The notes under the pieces are model-generated. The model was not told the DNA's origin, did not search any database, and saw nothing but the letters and a program-made list of their open reading frames with translations. From NCBI GenBank assembly GCA_043751915.1, contig JAYUZI010000081.1, positions 1-35,558 on the forward strand: a DNA stretch of 35,558 nt, read 5' to 3'. The DNA comes from Gammaproteobacteria bacterium (GTDB taxonomy: Bacteria > Pseudomonadota > Gammaproteobacteria > Steroidobacterales > Steroidobacteraceae). Numbering within the stretch: the stretch's first letter is position 1; each line of letters opens with the position of its first letter. Below are positions 1-8,036 of the stretch, one piece after another. The translations under genes were made by a program, and so were the position numbers.

Positions 1-48
1 GAGCCTCGGGCTACGCCCTCGACTCCCGGAGCGGCCCACACAGGAAAG

Positions 49-95
49 CGGACAATCTATGTGCTACTAAACCGGACAGTTCTATTTGCTACTAA
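49..95. repeat. Imperfect tandem direct repeat, two copies of about 23 nt, in an AT-rich island upstream of the protease gene
   Basis: Copy 1 is cggacaaTCTATgTGCTACTAA (49-70) and copy 2 is cggacagtTCTATtTGCTACTAA (73-95). The copies are 2 nt apart. The core CTATnTGCTACTAA matches at 13 of 14 positions. Local AT content contrasts with the GC-rich surroundings. Confidence 0.7.
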
Positions 96-157
96 CAGGC
101 CGGCGCGCGCCCCCGCAGTGCCAAATCAGGGTGCACTTGCGCGCTCCGAATGACACA

Positions 158-1138
158 ATGGCGCCTGTGAAGCGCAAGTCCACCACGGCGTTTTTGCTTG
201 CCCTTGCCAGCTCCCTGGCGCTGGCCGGCGCAGAGGCAGACGAACCGGCTGCCGTCCCGTCGGCGCCGGTCACAGACGACCCCATTACGGAAATAGTGAT
301 CCGGGCACCCGAGCCGCGCTATGTGGCGCCGACCCGGCGTGACCAGATCGGTCGCATCTGGGCGCCTGTGTACATCAATGAGCAAGGGCCGTTCCGGCTG
401 GTACTCGACACGGGAGCCAGTGCCTCGAGCGTCACCGCCAGAGTGGCCGCGGCCCTGGGGCTGGTGCCGGACACCTCATCACCCGTCAAGCTGCAAGGCG
501 TCACGGGCAGCGCGACGGTGCCCACCATCCGGGTCAATTCCCTGCGGGTCGGCGACTTGCTGGTCAACGATACCAAGCTGCCGATCATTCCCGACGCACT
601 GGGCGGCGCCGAAGGCACTCTGGGCAACGAAGGCCTGGTGGATCGCCGCGTGTTCATCGACTTTCGCCACGACCTGATCACGATCACGCGCTCGCATGGG
701 CAGCGCGCTGCGCCGGGTTTCATGACCATTCCCTTTGAACTCCAGCGCGGCCGGTTGCTGATAGCGCAGGTCCTGCTGGGCCGGGTGCGCGCCAAGGCCA
801 TCATTGACACCGGCAGCCAGGCCACGGTGGCCAACCTTGCGCTAAAAGACGCGTTGCTGCGCGGGGCCATGAGGGAACCGTACTCGATAGACAACATCGA
901 AGGTGTCACCAACGACGTTCAGTACGGCCAGGGTGGCAAGCCGCCGCCGATCGAGTTCGGTCCGATCGTAATCCGGGCGCAGCACATGACCTTCCTGGAT
1001 TCGCACATCTTCAAGTACTGGAAGCTGACCGGGGAGCCGACCGTGTCGATTGGCATGGACGCGCTCGGGCTCCTCGACACGCTGATCATCGATTTCCGGC
1101 TGCGCGAACTGCAGCTGCAGATGCGTCCTGGTTCCTAG
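158..1138 (+). CDS. Secreted aspartic protease with two retropepsin-like domains (clan AA, two DTG motifs in one chain)
   Basis: ORF 86-1138. ATG 158 gives a signal peptide (MAPVKRKSTTAFLLALASSLALAGA). There are two catalytic-type motifs, LVLDTGASASSV and AIIDTGSQATVA, each followed by a retropepsin-like segment of about 100 aa. Confidence 0.75.
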   Translation: MAPVKRKSTTAFLLALASSLALAGAEADEPAAVPSAPVTDDPITEIVIRAPEPRYVAPTRRDQIGRIWAPVYINEQGPFRLVLDTGASASSVTARVAAALGLVPDTSSPVKLQGVTGSATVPTIRVNSLRVGDLLVNDTKLPIIPDALGGAEGTLGNEGLVDRRVFIDFRHDLITITRSHGQRAAPGFMTIPFELQRGRLLIAQVLLGRVRAKAIIDTGSQATVANLALKDALLRGAMREPYSIDNIEGVTNDVQYGQGGKPPPIEFGPIVIRAQHMTFLDSHIFKYWKLTGEPTVSIGMDALGLLDTLIIDFRLRELQLQMRPGS

Positions 1139-1165
1139 TTCCTGGCCGTGCCGGCCCGCTACGCG

Positions 1166-1801
1166 CTACTTGGCAACGACCGTTCCGTCCACCACTTGCA
1201 CCGCGGCACCGACCGCCAGCGTTGGCTCGTTATCCTGCATCACGGTCGTTTCCGTGCCATTGTCATAGCGCACCTTGATTTCGTAGTGCGTCACGGCCCG
1301 GATCTTTTTCTCGATCTTGTTGCCGAGCAATGCGCCGCCCGCTGCGCCGGCGATCTTGGCGATGGTCTTGCCGTTGCCGTCGCCGATCTGGTTGCCGACG
1401 GCAAGGCCGGCGAGGCCGCCGACCACGACGCCGATGGCCGTGCCCTTGCCTGCTTCCTTTACGGGAGTGATCGCAGCAATGACACCGCAGTTGCTGCAGA
1501 CGCTGAGCGGCGTGCGCGGTGGCGCTGGTGTCGCGTGGGCAATCGAATCCGAAGGCGCAGTGGACGATTTTGGCGGGTGCGCCTTGTGCACCGTCTGCTT
1601 CGGGGCCGCCGGGGCCGGCGCCGCCTCGGCCGGTGGGGTCGGTGCGGCCGGAGCAGCCACCGGGGCTGGTTCGGGGTTTACGGCTGCTGGCGCTGCCGCT
1701 GGCGCCGGTGGCGCCGGACTGCACGCCGTCAGCGCGGCGGTCGCGCATGCGGCGCACAGCAGGAGACTCAATTTGGTACCGAAGACATTCAGCCTGTTCA
1801 T
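1166..1801 (-). CDS. Outer-membrane lipoprotein with a glycine-zipper 2TM domain (17 kDa surface antigen / Pcp-like)
   Basis: Signal peptide with lipobox (LLLCAACATAALTAC). A Pro/Ala-rich linker precedes the glycine-zipper segment GTAIGVVVGGLAGLAVGNQIGDGNGKTIAKIAGAAGGALLGN and a C-terminal beta-rich tail. Confidence 0.8.
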   Translation of the reverse strand: MNRLNVFGTKLSLLLCAACATAALTACSPAPPAPAAAPAAVNPEPAPVAAPAAPTPPAEAAPAPAAPKQTVHKAHPPKSSTAPSDSIAHATPAPPRTPLSVCSNCGVIAAITPVKEAGKGTAIGVVVGGLAGLAVGNQIGDGNGKTIAKIAGAAGGALLGNKIEKKIRAVTHYEIKVRYDNGTETTVMQDNEPTLAVGAAVQVVDGTVVAK

Positions 1802-1918
1802 CGCGATTCACTCAGCTGCTGCGGGATTGGATGCGCAATCTACCGGAATGCGGTGGCGATGCAAGAATGAAGCGCACGACTGTCGTCAGATGCAGACGCT
1901 TTTGTCATCATTTACGCG

Positions 1919-2542
1919 ATGAAACGCCAAGCCGCCCCGCGCAGCCGCTACCTGTCGGTCGATCTTGCGCATGTTGATCTCAGGCGCGGTGGGCGCCGGG
2001 TCCTCCGCGACCTGAACTGGCGCATCCATCCGGGGCAACGCTGGGTCCTGCAGGGCGCCAATGGTGCCGGCAAGACGCAATTGCTGAAGCTCATCGCCGG
2101 CGACGTCTGGCCGCAGCCGCGTCCGGAAACGCGGCGCATCTACTGCTGGCGCAGTGAGCGCAGTTCCGAGCCCATGGGCGTGAAGGAGGAAATCGCCTAC
2201 CTTGGGGCCGAACGGCAGGATCGCTACGAGCACTATGAATGGAATCATCGCGTCGCCACGATCGTGGGGACCGGTGCGGAGCGCAGCGATATTCCGTTGC
2301 GCAAACTGACAGCGGCCGAGCAGACGCATGTGGCGCGTGTGCTGCAGCGCCTGGGGATTGCCGCGCTCGCCGGCCGGCGTTTTCTGTCGCTGTCGCACGG
2401 CGAACGCCGCCTGGTGCTGCTGGCGCGTGCGCTGGCGTCACGGCCTGCGTTGTTGCTGCTTGATGAACCGCTCAACGGGCTCGACGCACCGAATCGTGCA
2501 CGCGTGCTCGCCGCCCTCGCCACGCTGGCCCGCTCGGAATGA
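1919..2542 (+). CDS. modF: ModF-like ABC ATPase, first nucleotide-binding domain, ended prematurely by an in-frame TGA (probable pseudogene fragment)
   Basis: Walker A GANGAGKT, signature LSHGE and Walker B LLLLDEP are present. TGA at 2540-2542 falls just before the expected H-loop. The next ORF is in the same frame. Confidence 0.7.
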   Translation: MKRQAAPRSRYLSVDLAHVDLRRGGRRVLRDLNWRIHPGQRWVLQGANGAGKTQLLKLIAGDVWPQPRPETRRIYCWRSERSSEPMGVKEEIAYLGAERQDRYEHYEWNHRVATIVGTGAERSDIPLRKLTAAEQTHVARVLQRLGIAALAGRRFLSLSHGERRLVLLARALASRPALLLLDEPLNGLDAPNRARVLAALATLARSE

Positions 2543-2725
2543 CCGTGGATTCTCGCGACGCATCGTCCCGAAGAAGTGCCCGCGAGCGCGACGCACCTGG
2601 CGATACTCCAGCGTGGTGCCCTGCGCACCGGGCGGTGGCGGCCGTGGGTTGCAGCGCGTGCGGTCAGGCCGCCGCGGGCGCGGCGCGCCGCAGATCCAGC
2701 ACCTGACGACCGGCAAGAACTGCTG

Positions 2726-3421
2726 ATGGAAATGAGCAAAGCCACCGTGTGGCGCGCGGGCACGGCGGTGTTGCGCCGGGTGTCACTGCAGATCCGCGCC
2801 GGAGACTGCTGGGTCGTGCACTGCGCCAATGGCAGCGGCAAATCAACCCTGCTGGCGACACTCCATGGCGACCACGCGGTGGCAACCCCGGGCCGGATCG
2901 CCAGGCACGGGTACGGACCGGGCACGGCGTTGCCTGATTTTCAGCGACAGCTGGGGCGCGTTGCACCGGAATTGCAGGCGGCACTGCCGCGCCGGCACAC
3001 CGCTCTGGAGTGCGTCGTCGCCGGCCACCGTGGCGCCCTGGTACTCGACGGCGCAATAAGCGCAGCCGAACTGCGCGCTGCCACCCGCGCGCTCCGGCGG
3101 GCAGGCGCTACCGCTCTGGCGCAACGTACAATCGCGGAGTTGTCGCATGGCCAGGCGCGCCGCGTGCTGTTTGCCCGCGCACTGGTCCGTCAGCCTGATA
3201 TGGTGCTGCTCGACGAGCCTTACACCGGGCTTGATGCGCCGACACGCGTGCGGCTGCGTGCCCTGATCGACGGACTTGCCTGCCAGGAGCGGACTATCGT
3301 GATTGCCACTCACCATCGGGACGATTGGCCCCGGCGCGCCACGCATGAACTGGAACTCGCCGCTGGCACTGTCCGTTACTGCGGGCTCCTGCGGCGGCGC
3401 AAACCGGCCGCAGCGACATGA
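2726..3421 (+). CDS. modF: ModF-like ABC ATPase, second nucleotide-binding domain (same frame as 1919-2542)
   Basis: Motifs are CANGSGKST (Walker A with the first Gly replaced by Cys), LSHGQ, MVLLDEP and IATHH. The open frame runs from 2543 onward. ATG 2726 is the first ATG that gives a complete domain, and no SD is visible. If the TGA is read through, the start is really 1919. Confidence 0.6.
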   Translation: MEMSKATVWRAGTAVLRRVSLQIRAGDCWVVHCANGSGKSTLLATLHGDHAVATPGRIARHGYGPGTALPDFQRQLGRVAPELQAALPRRHTALECVVAGHRGALVLDGAISAAELRAATRALRRAGATALAQRTIAELSHGQARRVLFARALVRQPDMVLLDEPYTGLDAPTRVRLRALIDGLACQERTIVIATHHRDDWPRRATHELELAAGTVRYCGLLRRRKPAAAT

Positions 3422-4284
3422 AGGCGCTCCAGCGCCGTGTTGGTTGGGGGCTGGCCGCGCTGGTGGGCTTGCTTGCCGCGTCCATTTTCTGGCATGGGCA
3501 CGGCACGCGCAGCGCGAGTGATGGGGCGGTGCTCATCGCGGGTGGCGATGGCGGTGGGTTGCCGCGTACTGACGCCGGCGCGGAGGGATTCGAGGCGTCA
3601 GCTCTGCAGGCCGCCGGCGCGCTGGCCGCGCAGCAGGGCGCGAACGCGCTGCTGGTGATGCGCCATGGACACCTCGTGTTCGAGCAATACGCCGGCGGTG
3701 ACCGCGCCGATACGCTGGTCGACGGCGGCGAGATGGCCGACACACTGCTGTTGCTCGCCGCCGGCATCGCCGTTGCGCAAAGCGGCATGGCCATGCCGCC
3801 CGCGGCGCCGGCCGGCACCGGACCTCTGGCTGCCGCCATTGCTGCCGCCAGCGGCCGCAGCTATCCGCAGTTCCTCTCGCGCAACCTGTGGCAACCACTC
3901 AATGCAGCGCCGGCGCAGTGGTACCCGGCAACAGTACGCGCCCGCGCCGCCGACTGGCTGCGCGTCGCCGAGATGCTCCTGCACGATGGCCGCTTCGAAG
4001 GCACGCAGGTCGTGCCGCCGGGGTGGGTGAAACGCCTGAGCCGGCTCAGTGAGGCGGCCGGTGCCGAGCCCTTTGCCGTCTCCGATATGTATTACCTGCG
4101 CGGTCCCGGCGCCACGCGCCTGTGGATTGCGCCGCGACTCGATCTGGCCGTGCTGCGCGTCGCTGCTGCGCCGCCGGGCGTCGCGGTCGACGAGACACGG
4201 CTCCCCAACATGATCATTCGCGCGCTGCGTGATCGTCCCACTGCGGGCGGCGCCAGCCTGAACGATCTGGTGCCGGGTCACTGA
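3418..4284 (+). CDS. Degenerate beta-lactamase-fold / serine-hydrolase-like protein with an N-terminal membrane anchor or signal peptide
   Basis: ATGA overlap with the preceding stop. The hydrophobic N-terminus is GWGLAALVGLLAASIFW. It shows family-like blocks (LLVMRHGHLVFEQYAGG and DWLRVAEMLLHDGRFEGTQVVPPGWV). There is no SxxK motif, and the whole protein has only two Lys. Confidence 0.55.
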   Translation: MKALQRRVGWGLAALVGLLAASIFWHGHGTRSASDGAVLIAGGDGGGLPRTDAGAEGFEASALQAAGALAAQQGANALLVMRHGHLVFEQYAGGDRADTLVDGGEMADTLLLLAAGIAVAQSGMAMPPAAPAGTGPLAAAIAAASGRSYPQFLSRNLWQPLNAAPAQWYPATVRARAADWLRVAEMLLHDGRFEGTQVVPPGWVKRLSRLSEAAGAEPFAVSDMYYLRGPGATRLWIAPRLDLAVLRVAAAPPGVAVDETRLPNMIIRALRDRPTAGGASLNDLVPGH

Positions 4285-4306
4285 ACCGTGATTTACTGTT
4301 AGGCCC

Positions 4307-5494
4307 ATGCGACCCCTGCTGACGATCTTCATAGTCTGCGCGATCGACGTCCTCGGATTCGGCGTCATCGTGCCGCTCGTGCCCTACATGGCGGATCGTT
4401 TCGGTGCCGCGCCCTGGATGGTGACCTGGATACTTGGCAGCTATTCGCTGTGCCAGCTGGTAGCCGCGCCGTTCTGGGGGCGGCTCAGCGACCGCTACGG
4501 GCGCCGGCCGATACTGATCACCAGCATGGCGGGCGCCTGCCTGTCGTATTTCGTGCTGGGCTTCGCGCCGGGGCTGGCCTGGCTCCTCGTCTCGCGCATG
4601 CTCAGTGGTTTCATGGCCGGCAACATTTCCGCAGCGATGGCCTACGCCGCCGATGTCAGCCTCCCCGAGCACCGGGCGCGTGCGCTCGGCACCGTGGGCG
4701 CAGCGATCGCCGTGGGTTTCATGATCGGGCCGGCGCTCGGCGGCGTGCTGGTGGGCAACGACGTGCACAATGCCAGTTTCCTGCGGCCCGCCATGGTGTC
4801 GGCGGCGCTGAGCGTGGTGGCCATGCTGCTCGTGGCGTTGCTGTTGCGCGAGAGCCATACCCCGGAGCAAAGGCTCGCCAACCGCGCGGGCGCCTCGCCG
4901 CTGACGGCGCTGCGGACTCTGGCGACGCGCCCGGCCCTGGCCTGGCTGGTGCTGGCCGGTCTCCTCGTTACGTTCTCACAGGCGACACTCGAGTCGATCG
5001 TCGCGCTGTGGGGCCTGAAGCGCTTCGGCATTGGGCCGCGCACTATCGGCTACCTGCTGTTTGGCCTGGCGGCGATCGCGGTCGCCATGCAGGGTGGTTT
5101 CGTGCGGATGCTGGTGCCGCGCTTTGGTGAGCACCGCCTGGCGCTGGGCGGCATCAGCGCCTATGTCTTCGGCCTGCTGATCGTGGGCACGGCGGCGTCG
5201 CTTGGTGTTGCGATCTTCGGACTGGCGCTGTGCGGCGCCGGCTCCGGCGCGTTCAGCCCCGCGGCCTCGGCGCTGGCTTCGAAGCAGGCCGGCGCCGGGA
5301 ATCGCGGCGTGGTGATGGGCAGCTACCAGTCAGGCGCGTCGCTGGCACGAGTGCTCGGGCCGTTGAGTTCCGGATTTGTGTTCGGGCGTTTCGGACCCGG
5401 CGCGCCTTTCCTGGTCGGCGCACTGGTGACGCTGCAGGCCGCGTGGTGCATGCTGGCGGCGCAGCGGGCGGAAGCGGCGAGAGGCGCGGCGTGA
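4307..5494 (+). CDS. MFS transporter (DHA1 / Tet-like 12-TM family)
   Basis: The N-terminus is MRPLLTIFIVCAIDVLGFGVIVPLVPYM, and the MFS motif-A-like GRLSDRYGRRPIL is present. The 395-aa protein is highly hydrophobic. Confidence 0.85.
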   Translation: MRPLLTIFIVCAIDVLGFGVIVPLVPYMADRFGAAPWMVTWILGSYSLCQLVAAPFWGRLSDRYGRRPILITSMAGACLSYFVLGFAPGLAWLLVSRMLSGFMAGNISAAMAYAADVSLPEHRARALGTVGAAIAVGFMIGPALGGVLVGNDVHNASFLRPAMVSAALSVVAMLLVALLLRESHTPEQRLANRAGASPLTALRTLATRPALAWLVLAGLLVTFSQATLESIVALWGLKRFGIGPRTIGYLLFGLAAIAVAMQGGFVRMLVPRFGEHRLALGGISAYVFGLLIVGTAASLGVAIFGLALCGAGSGAFSPAASALASKQAGAGNRGVVMGSYQSGASLARVLGPLSSGFVFGRFGPGAPFLVGALVTLQAAWCMLAAQRAEAARGAA

Positions 5495-6015
5495 TTTTCG
5501 CATTCGAGGGCAGGAAACTGGTGACGGCCAGCGACCACTACTACGTGGCCGCGGGTGCGCAGCTCATTGGCGATGTGCGCCTGGGCGAGGGCGCCAGCGT
5601 CTGGTTCAACGCCGTGCTGCGCGCCGACGACGAGCGCATCGAGATCGGCGCCGGGAGCAATGTGCAGGATGGCACCGTGATCCACTGCGATGTCAATCTG
5701 CCGACGATTGTCGGTCGCAATGTCACGATCGGGCACCGCGTGCTGCTGCATGGCTGCACGATTGGCGATGACTCGCTGATCGGGAATGGTGCGATGATTC
5801 TCGACGGCGCGCACATCGGCACGCGCTGCCTGGTCGGCGCCGGTTCGCTGGTGACGCCGGGCAAGGTGATTCCGGATGGCAGCGTGGTCATGGGCGCGCC
5901 CGCGCGCGTCGTCAGGCCGACGGCCGCGCGTGAACTTGCCATGATCGAACACGGCGCGCGTTCCTACCAGGAGCGCATCGAACGATTCCTGCGGGAGCTA
6001 CCCGATGCCCGATAG
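5491..6015 (+). CDS. Gamma-carbonic-anhydrase-like / hexapeptide-repeat protein (YrdA/PaaY family)
   Basis: The GTG start forms a GTGA overlap with the MFS stop. Left-handed beta-helix repeats are present with conserved His (QDGTVIHC, IGHRVLLHGC). The product is 174 aa, typical for the family. Confidence 0.8.
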   Translation: MIFAFEGRKLVTASDHYYVAAGAQLIGDVRLGEGASVWFNAVLRADDERIEIGAGSNVQDGTVIHCDVNLPTIVGRNVTIGHRVLLHGCTIGDDSLIGNGAMILDGAHIGTRCLVGAGSLVTPGKVIPDGSVVMGAPARVVRPTAARELAMIEHGARSYQERIERFLRELPDAR

Positions 6016-7294
6016 TGATGGTGAGCTGAGCGGAGCTGGCGAGCGCAGCAAGCTGCTCGGACGGCTGCGCATTGATGCGGCCGAGCGTGACGCGCCCGCG
6101 GCGCGCGGCGGTCTGTGGCGTTGCTGGCCCGTGATTGCAAGTGCCGCATTGCTGGTGCTGGCCGCGAGCGCTCTGGGTTGGCGGAAATGGCGCGGCCCGA
6201 GCTTCGCGGTGGAACTGGCCGTGGCCGTGGTGGCGAGTCCGGCGCAGGGCCCGAACGCGATCCTGCAGGCGAGCGGCTACGTTACGGCGCGGCGGCAGGC
6301 GACGGTCTCGGCGCAGATCACCGGCACCCTCAAGGATGTGCTCATTGAGGAAGGCGAGCACGTGAAGGCCGGGCAGGTGCTGGCGCGCCTCGATGACTCA
6401 GCCCTGCAGGCCAGCGTCGCCCAGTCGCGCGCGCAGCTGAATTCAGCGCAGGCGCTGGCGACCCAGGTCGAGGCACAGCTGGCGCAGGCGCGGCGCGATG
6501 CTCAACGCAGCCAGGAACTCATCGAGCGGCAGCTGGTCTCGAGGCAAGCGCTGGAAGCGGCACAGACACAGCAGGCTACGCTCGAGGCGCAGCTACTGGT
6601 GCAGCAGCGGCAGATCGCGGTCGCCGAGGCGGCGTTGCGCGGCGCGCTGGTGCAACTCGCCTACTGCACGGTGCGGGCGCCGTTCACCGGCGTGATCGTC
6701 GCCAAGGCGGCGCAGGCGGGCGAGATCATCTCGCCCATCTCGGCCGGTGGCGGCTTCACACGTACCGGTGTCGGCACCATCGTCGACATGGATTCGCTCG
6801 AAATCGAAGTCGACGTCAACGAGGCCTATATCAATCGGGTGCAGCCGCTGCAAAGCGCGCTGGCGCTTCTTGATGCCTATCCCGACTGGAATATTCCGGC
6901 GCATGTGGTCGCAATCATCCCGACGGCGGATCGCAACAAGGCGACGGTCAAAGTGCGGGTGGCGCTTGATCAGAAGGATCCGCGCATCCTGCCGGACATG
7001 GGTGTGCGCGTATCCTTCCTCGAGCAACGCTCGCTCCCGGGCGCCGCTCCGACGGCAGTTCCCGGCGTGCTGGTGCCGGCTACGGCGGTGGTCAGCAGTG
7101 GCGGTAGTTCCGGAGGCAGCGTAGTCTATGTCGTGGCAGACGGCCGCGCGCAGGCGAAGAGCGTGACGCCCGGGCAGGTGTATGGCGACCTGCGTTCGGT
7201 CGGCGGTATCGAGGCGGGCATGCAGGTGGTGCGCGCGCCGCCCGCGGGCCTCACCGCTGATTCGCGCGTGACCACCGCCGCTCCCGGCAAGTAG
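6005..7294 (+). CDS. Periplasmic adaptor (membrane fusion protein, HlyD/MacA family)
   Basis: It has one N-terminal TM helix, a barrel-sandwich motif (VSAQITGTLKDVLIEEGEHVKAGQVLARLDD) and a long coiled-coil stretch. The start overlaps the upstream gene by 11 nt. Confidence 0.85.
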   Translation: MPDSDGELSGAGERSKLLGRLRIDAAERDAPAARGGLWRCWPVIASAALLVLAASALGWRKWRGPSFAVELAVAVVASPAQGPNAILQASGYVTARRQATVSAQITGTLKDVLIEEGEHVKAGQVLARLDDSALQASVAQSRAQLNSAQALATQVEAQLAQARRDAQRSQELIERQLVSRQALEAAQTQQATLEAQLLVQQRQIAVAEAALRGALVQLAYCTVRAPFTGVIVAKAAQAGEIISPISAGGGFTRTGVGTIVDMDSLEIEVDVNEAYINRVQPLQSALALLDAYPDWNIPAHVVAIIPTADRNKATVKVRVALDQKDPRILPDMGVRVSFLEQRSLPGAAPTAVPGVLVPATAVVSSGGSSGGSVVYVVADGRAQAKSVTPGQVYGDLRSVGGIEAGMQVVRAPPAGLTADSRVTTAAPGK

Positions 7295-7340
7295 CCGCGC
7301 GGCCGCGGCCCAAACACAGACATCCAGCAGGCGATCATTC

Positions 7341-8036
7341 ATGAGTGCACTGGTTCATTTGCGGAATCTCAGCAAGACCTACACGCGCGGCCTGCAGAAG
7401 GTCGAGGTGCTCCATGGCATCGACCTGGACATCGAGAGTGGTGATTTCGTTGCGCTGATGGGTCCGTCCGGCTCGGGCAAGACCACGCTCCTCAATCTCA
7501 TCGGCGGGCTGGACGGGCCTACCGGCGGCAGTATCACCGTGGGCGGGGAACGGCTCGACCAGCTCTCAGAGAACGCGCTGGCGAGGTGGCGTTCATCCCA
7601 TGTCGGCTTCGTGTTCCAGTTCTACAACCTGCTCGCGACGCTATCGGCGCGCCGCAACGTGGAATTGCCGCTGCTCCTGACGCGCCTGTCCGGCGCCCAA
7701 CGGCGGCAGCGCGCTGACATTGCGCTGCAGCTGGTCGGCCTCGCCGACCGCGCGGTGCACAAGCCCAATGAACTTTCCGGTGGGCAGCAGCAGCGCGTGG
7801 CCATCGCGCGCGCCATCGTCTCCGATCCCGAACTCCTGGTCTGCGACGAACCCACGGGCGACCTGGACCGCCAGTCGGCCGCAGAAGTGCTTACGCTCCT
7901 GCAGCAGCTCAATCGCGATCATGGCAAGACCATCATCATGGTGACGCATGATCCAAAGGCGGCCGAGTTCGCGCGCCGCACGGTGTACCTGGACAAGGGT
8001 ACGCTGGCCGACAACGCCCAGCGGCCGGCGGCGTGA
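7341..8036 (+). CDS. ABC transporter ATP-binding protein (MacB/LolD-type NBD)
   Basis: Walker [11 protein letters not shown]-loop, signature LSGGQQQR, Walker B LLVCDEP and H-loop MVTHD are all present. Confidence 0.92.
   Translation: MSALVHLRNLSKTYTRGLQKVEVLHGIDLDIESGDFVALMGPSGSGKTTLLNLIGGLDGPTGGSITVGGERLDQLSENALARWRSSHVGFVFQFYNLLATLSARRNVELPLLLTRLSGAQRRQRADIALQLVGLADRAVHKPNELSGGQQQRVAIARAIVSDPELLVCDEPTGDLDRQSAAEVLTLLQQLNRDHGKTIIMVTHDPKAAEFARRTVYLDKGTLADNAQRPAA

Noticed and set aside
1-48. A possible tRNA or tmRNA 3' end at the left edge (..CCCTCGACTCCCGGAGCGGCCCACA).
   Set aside because: There is no TTCGA-type T-loop with complementary flanking stems, no acceptor-stem partner and no CCA. 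At most it forms an imperfect hairpin, and the window edge prevents further assessment.
2540-2590. The TGA at 2540-2542 might encode selenocysteine, since a stem CUCGCG...CGCGAG can be drawn downstream.
   Set aside because: The position is not a redox or catalytic Cys site in ABC ATPases. The putative stem starts about 11 nt after UGA, has a large irregular loop, and does not resemble a bacterial SECIS. No selenoprotein context is visible. A nonsense mutation or sequencing error is more parsimonious.
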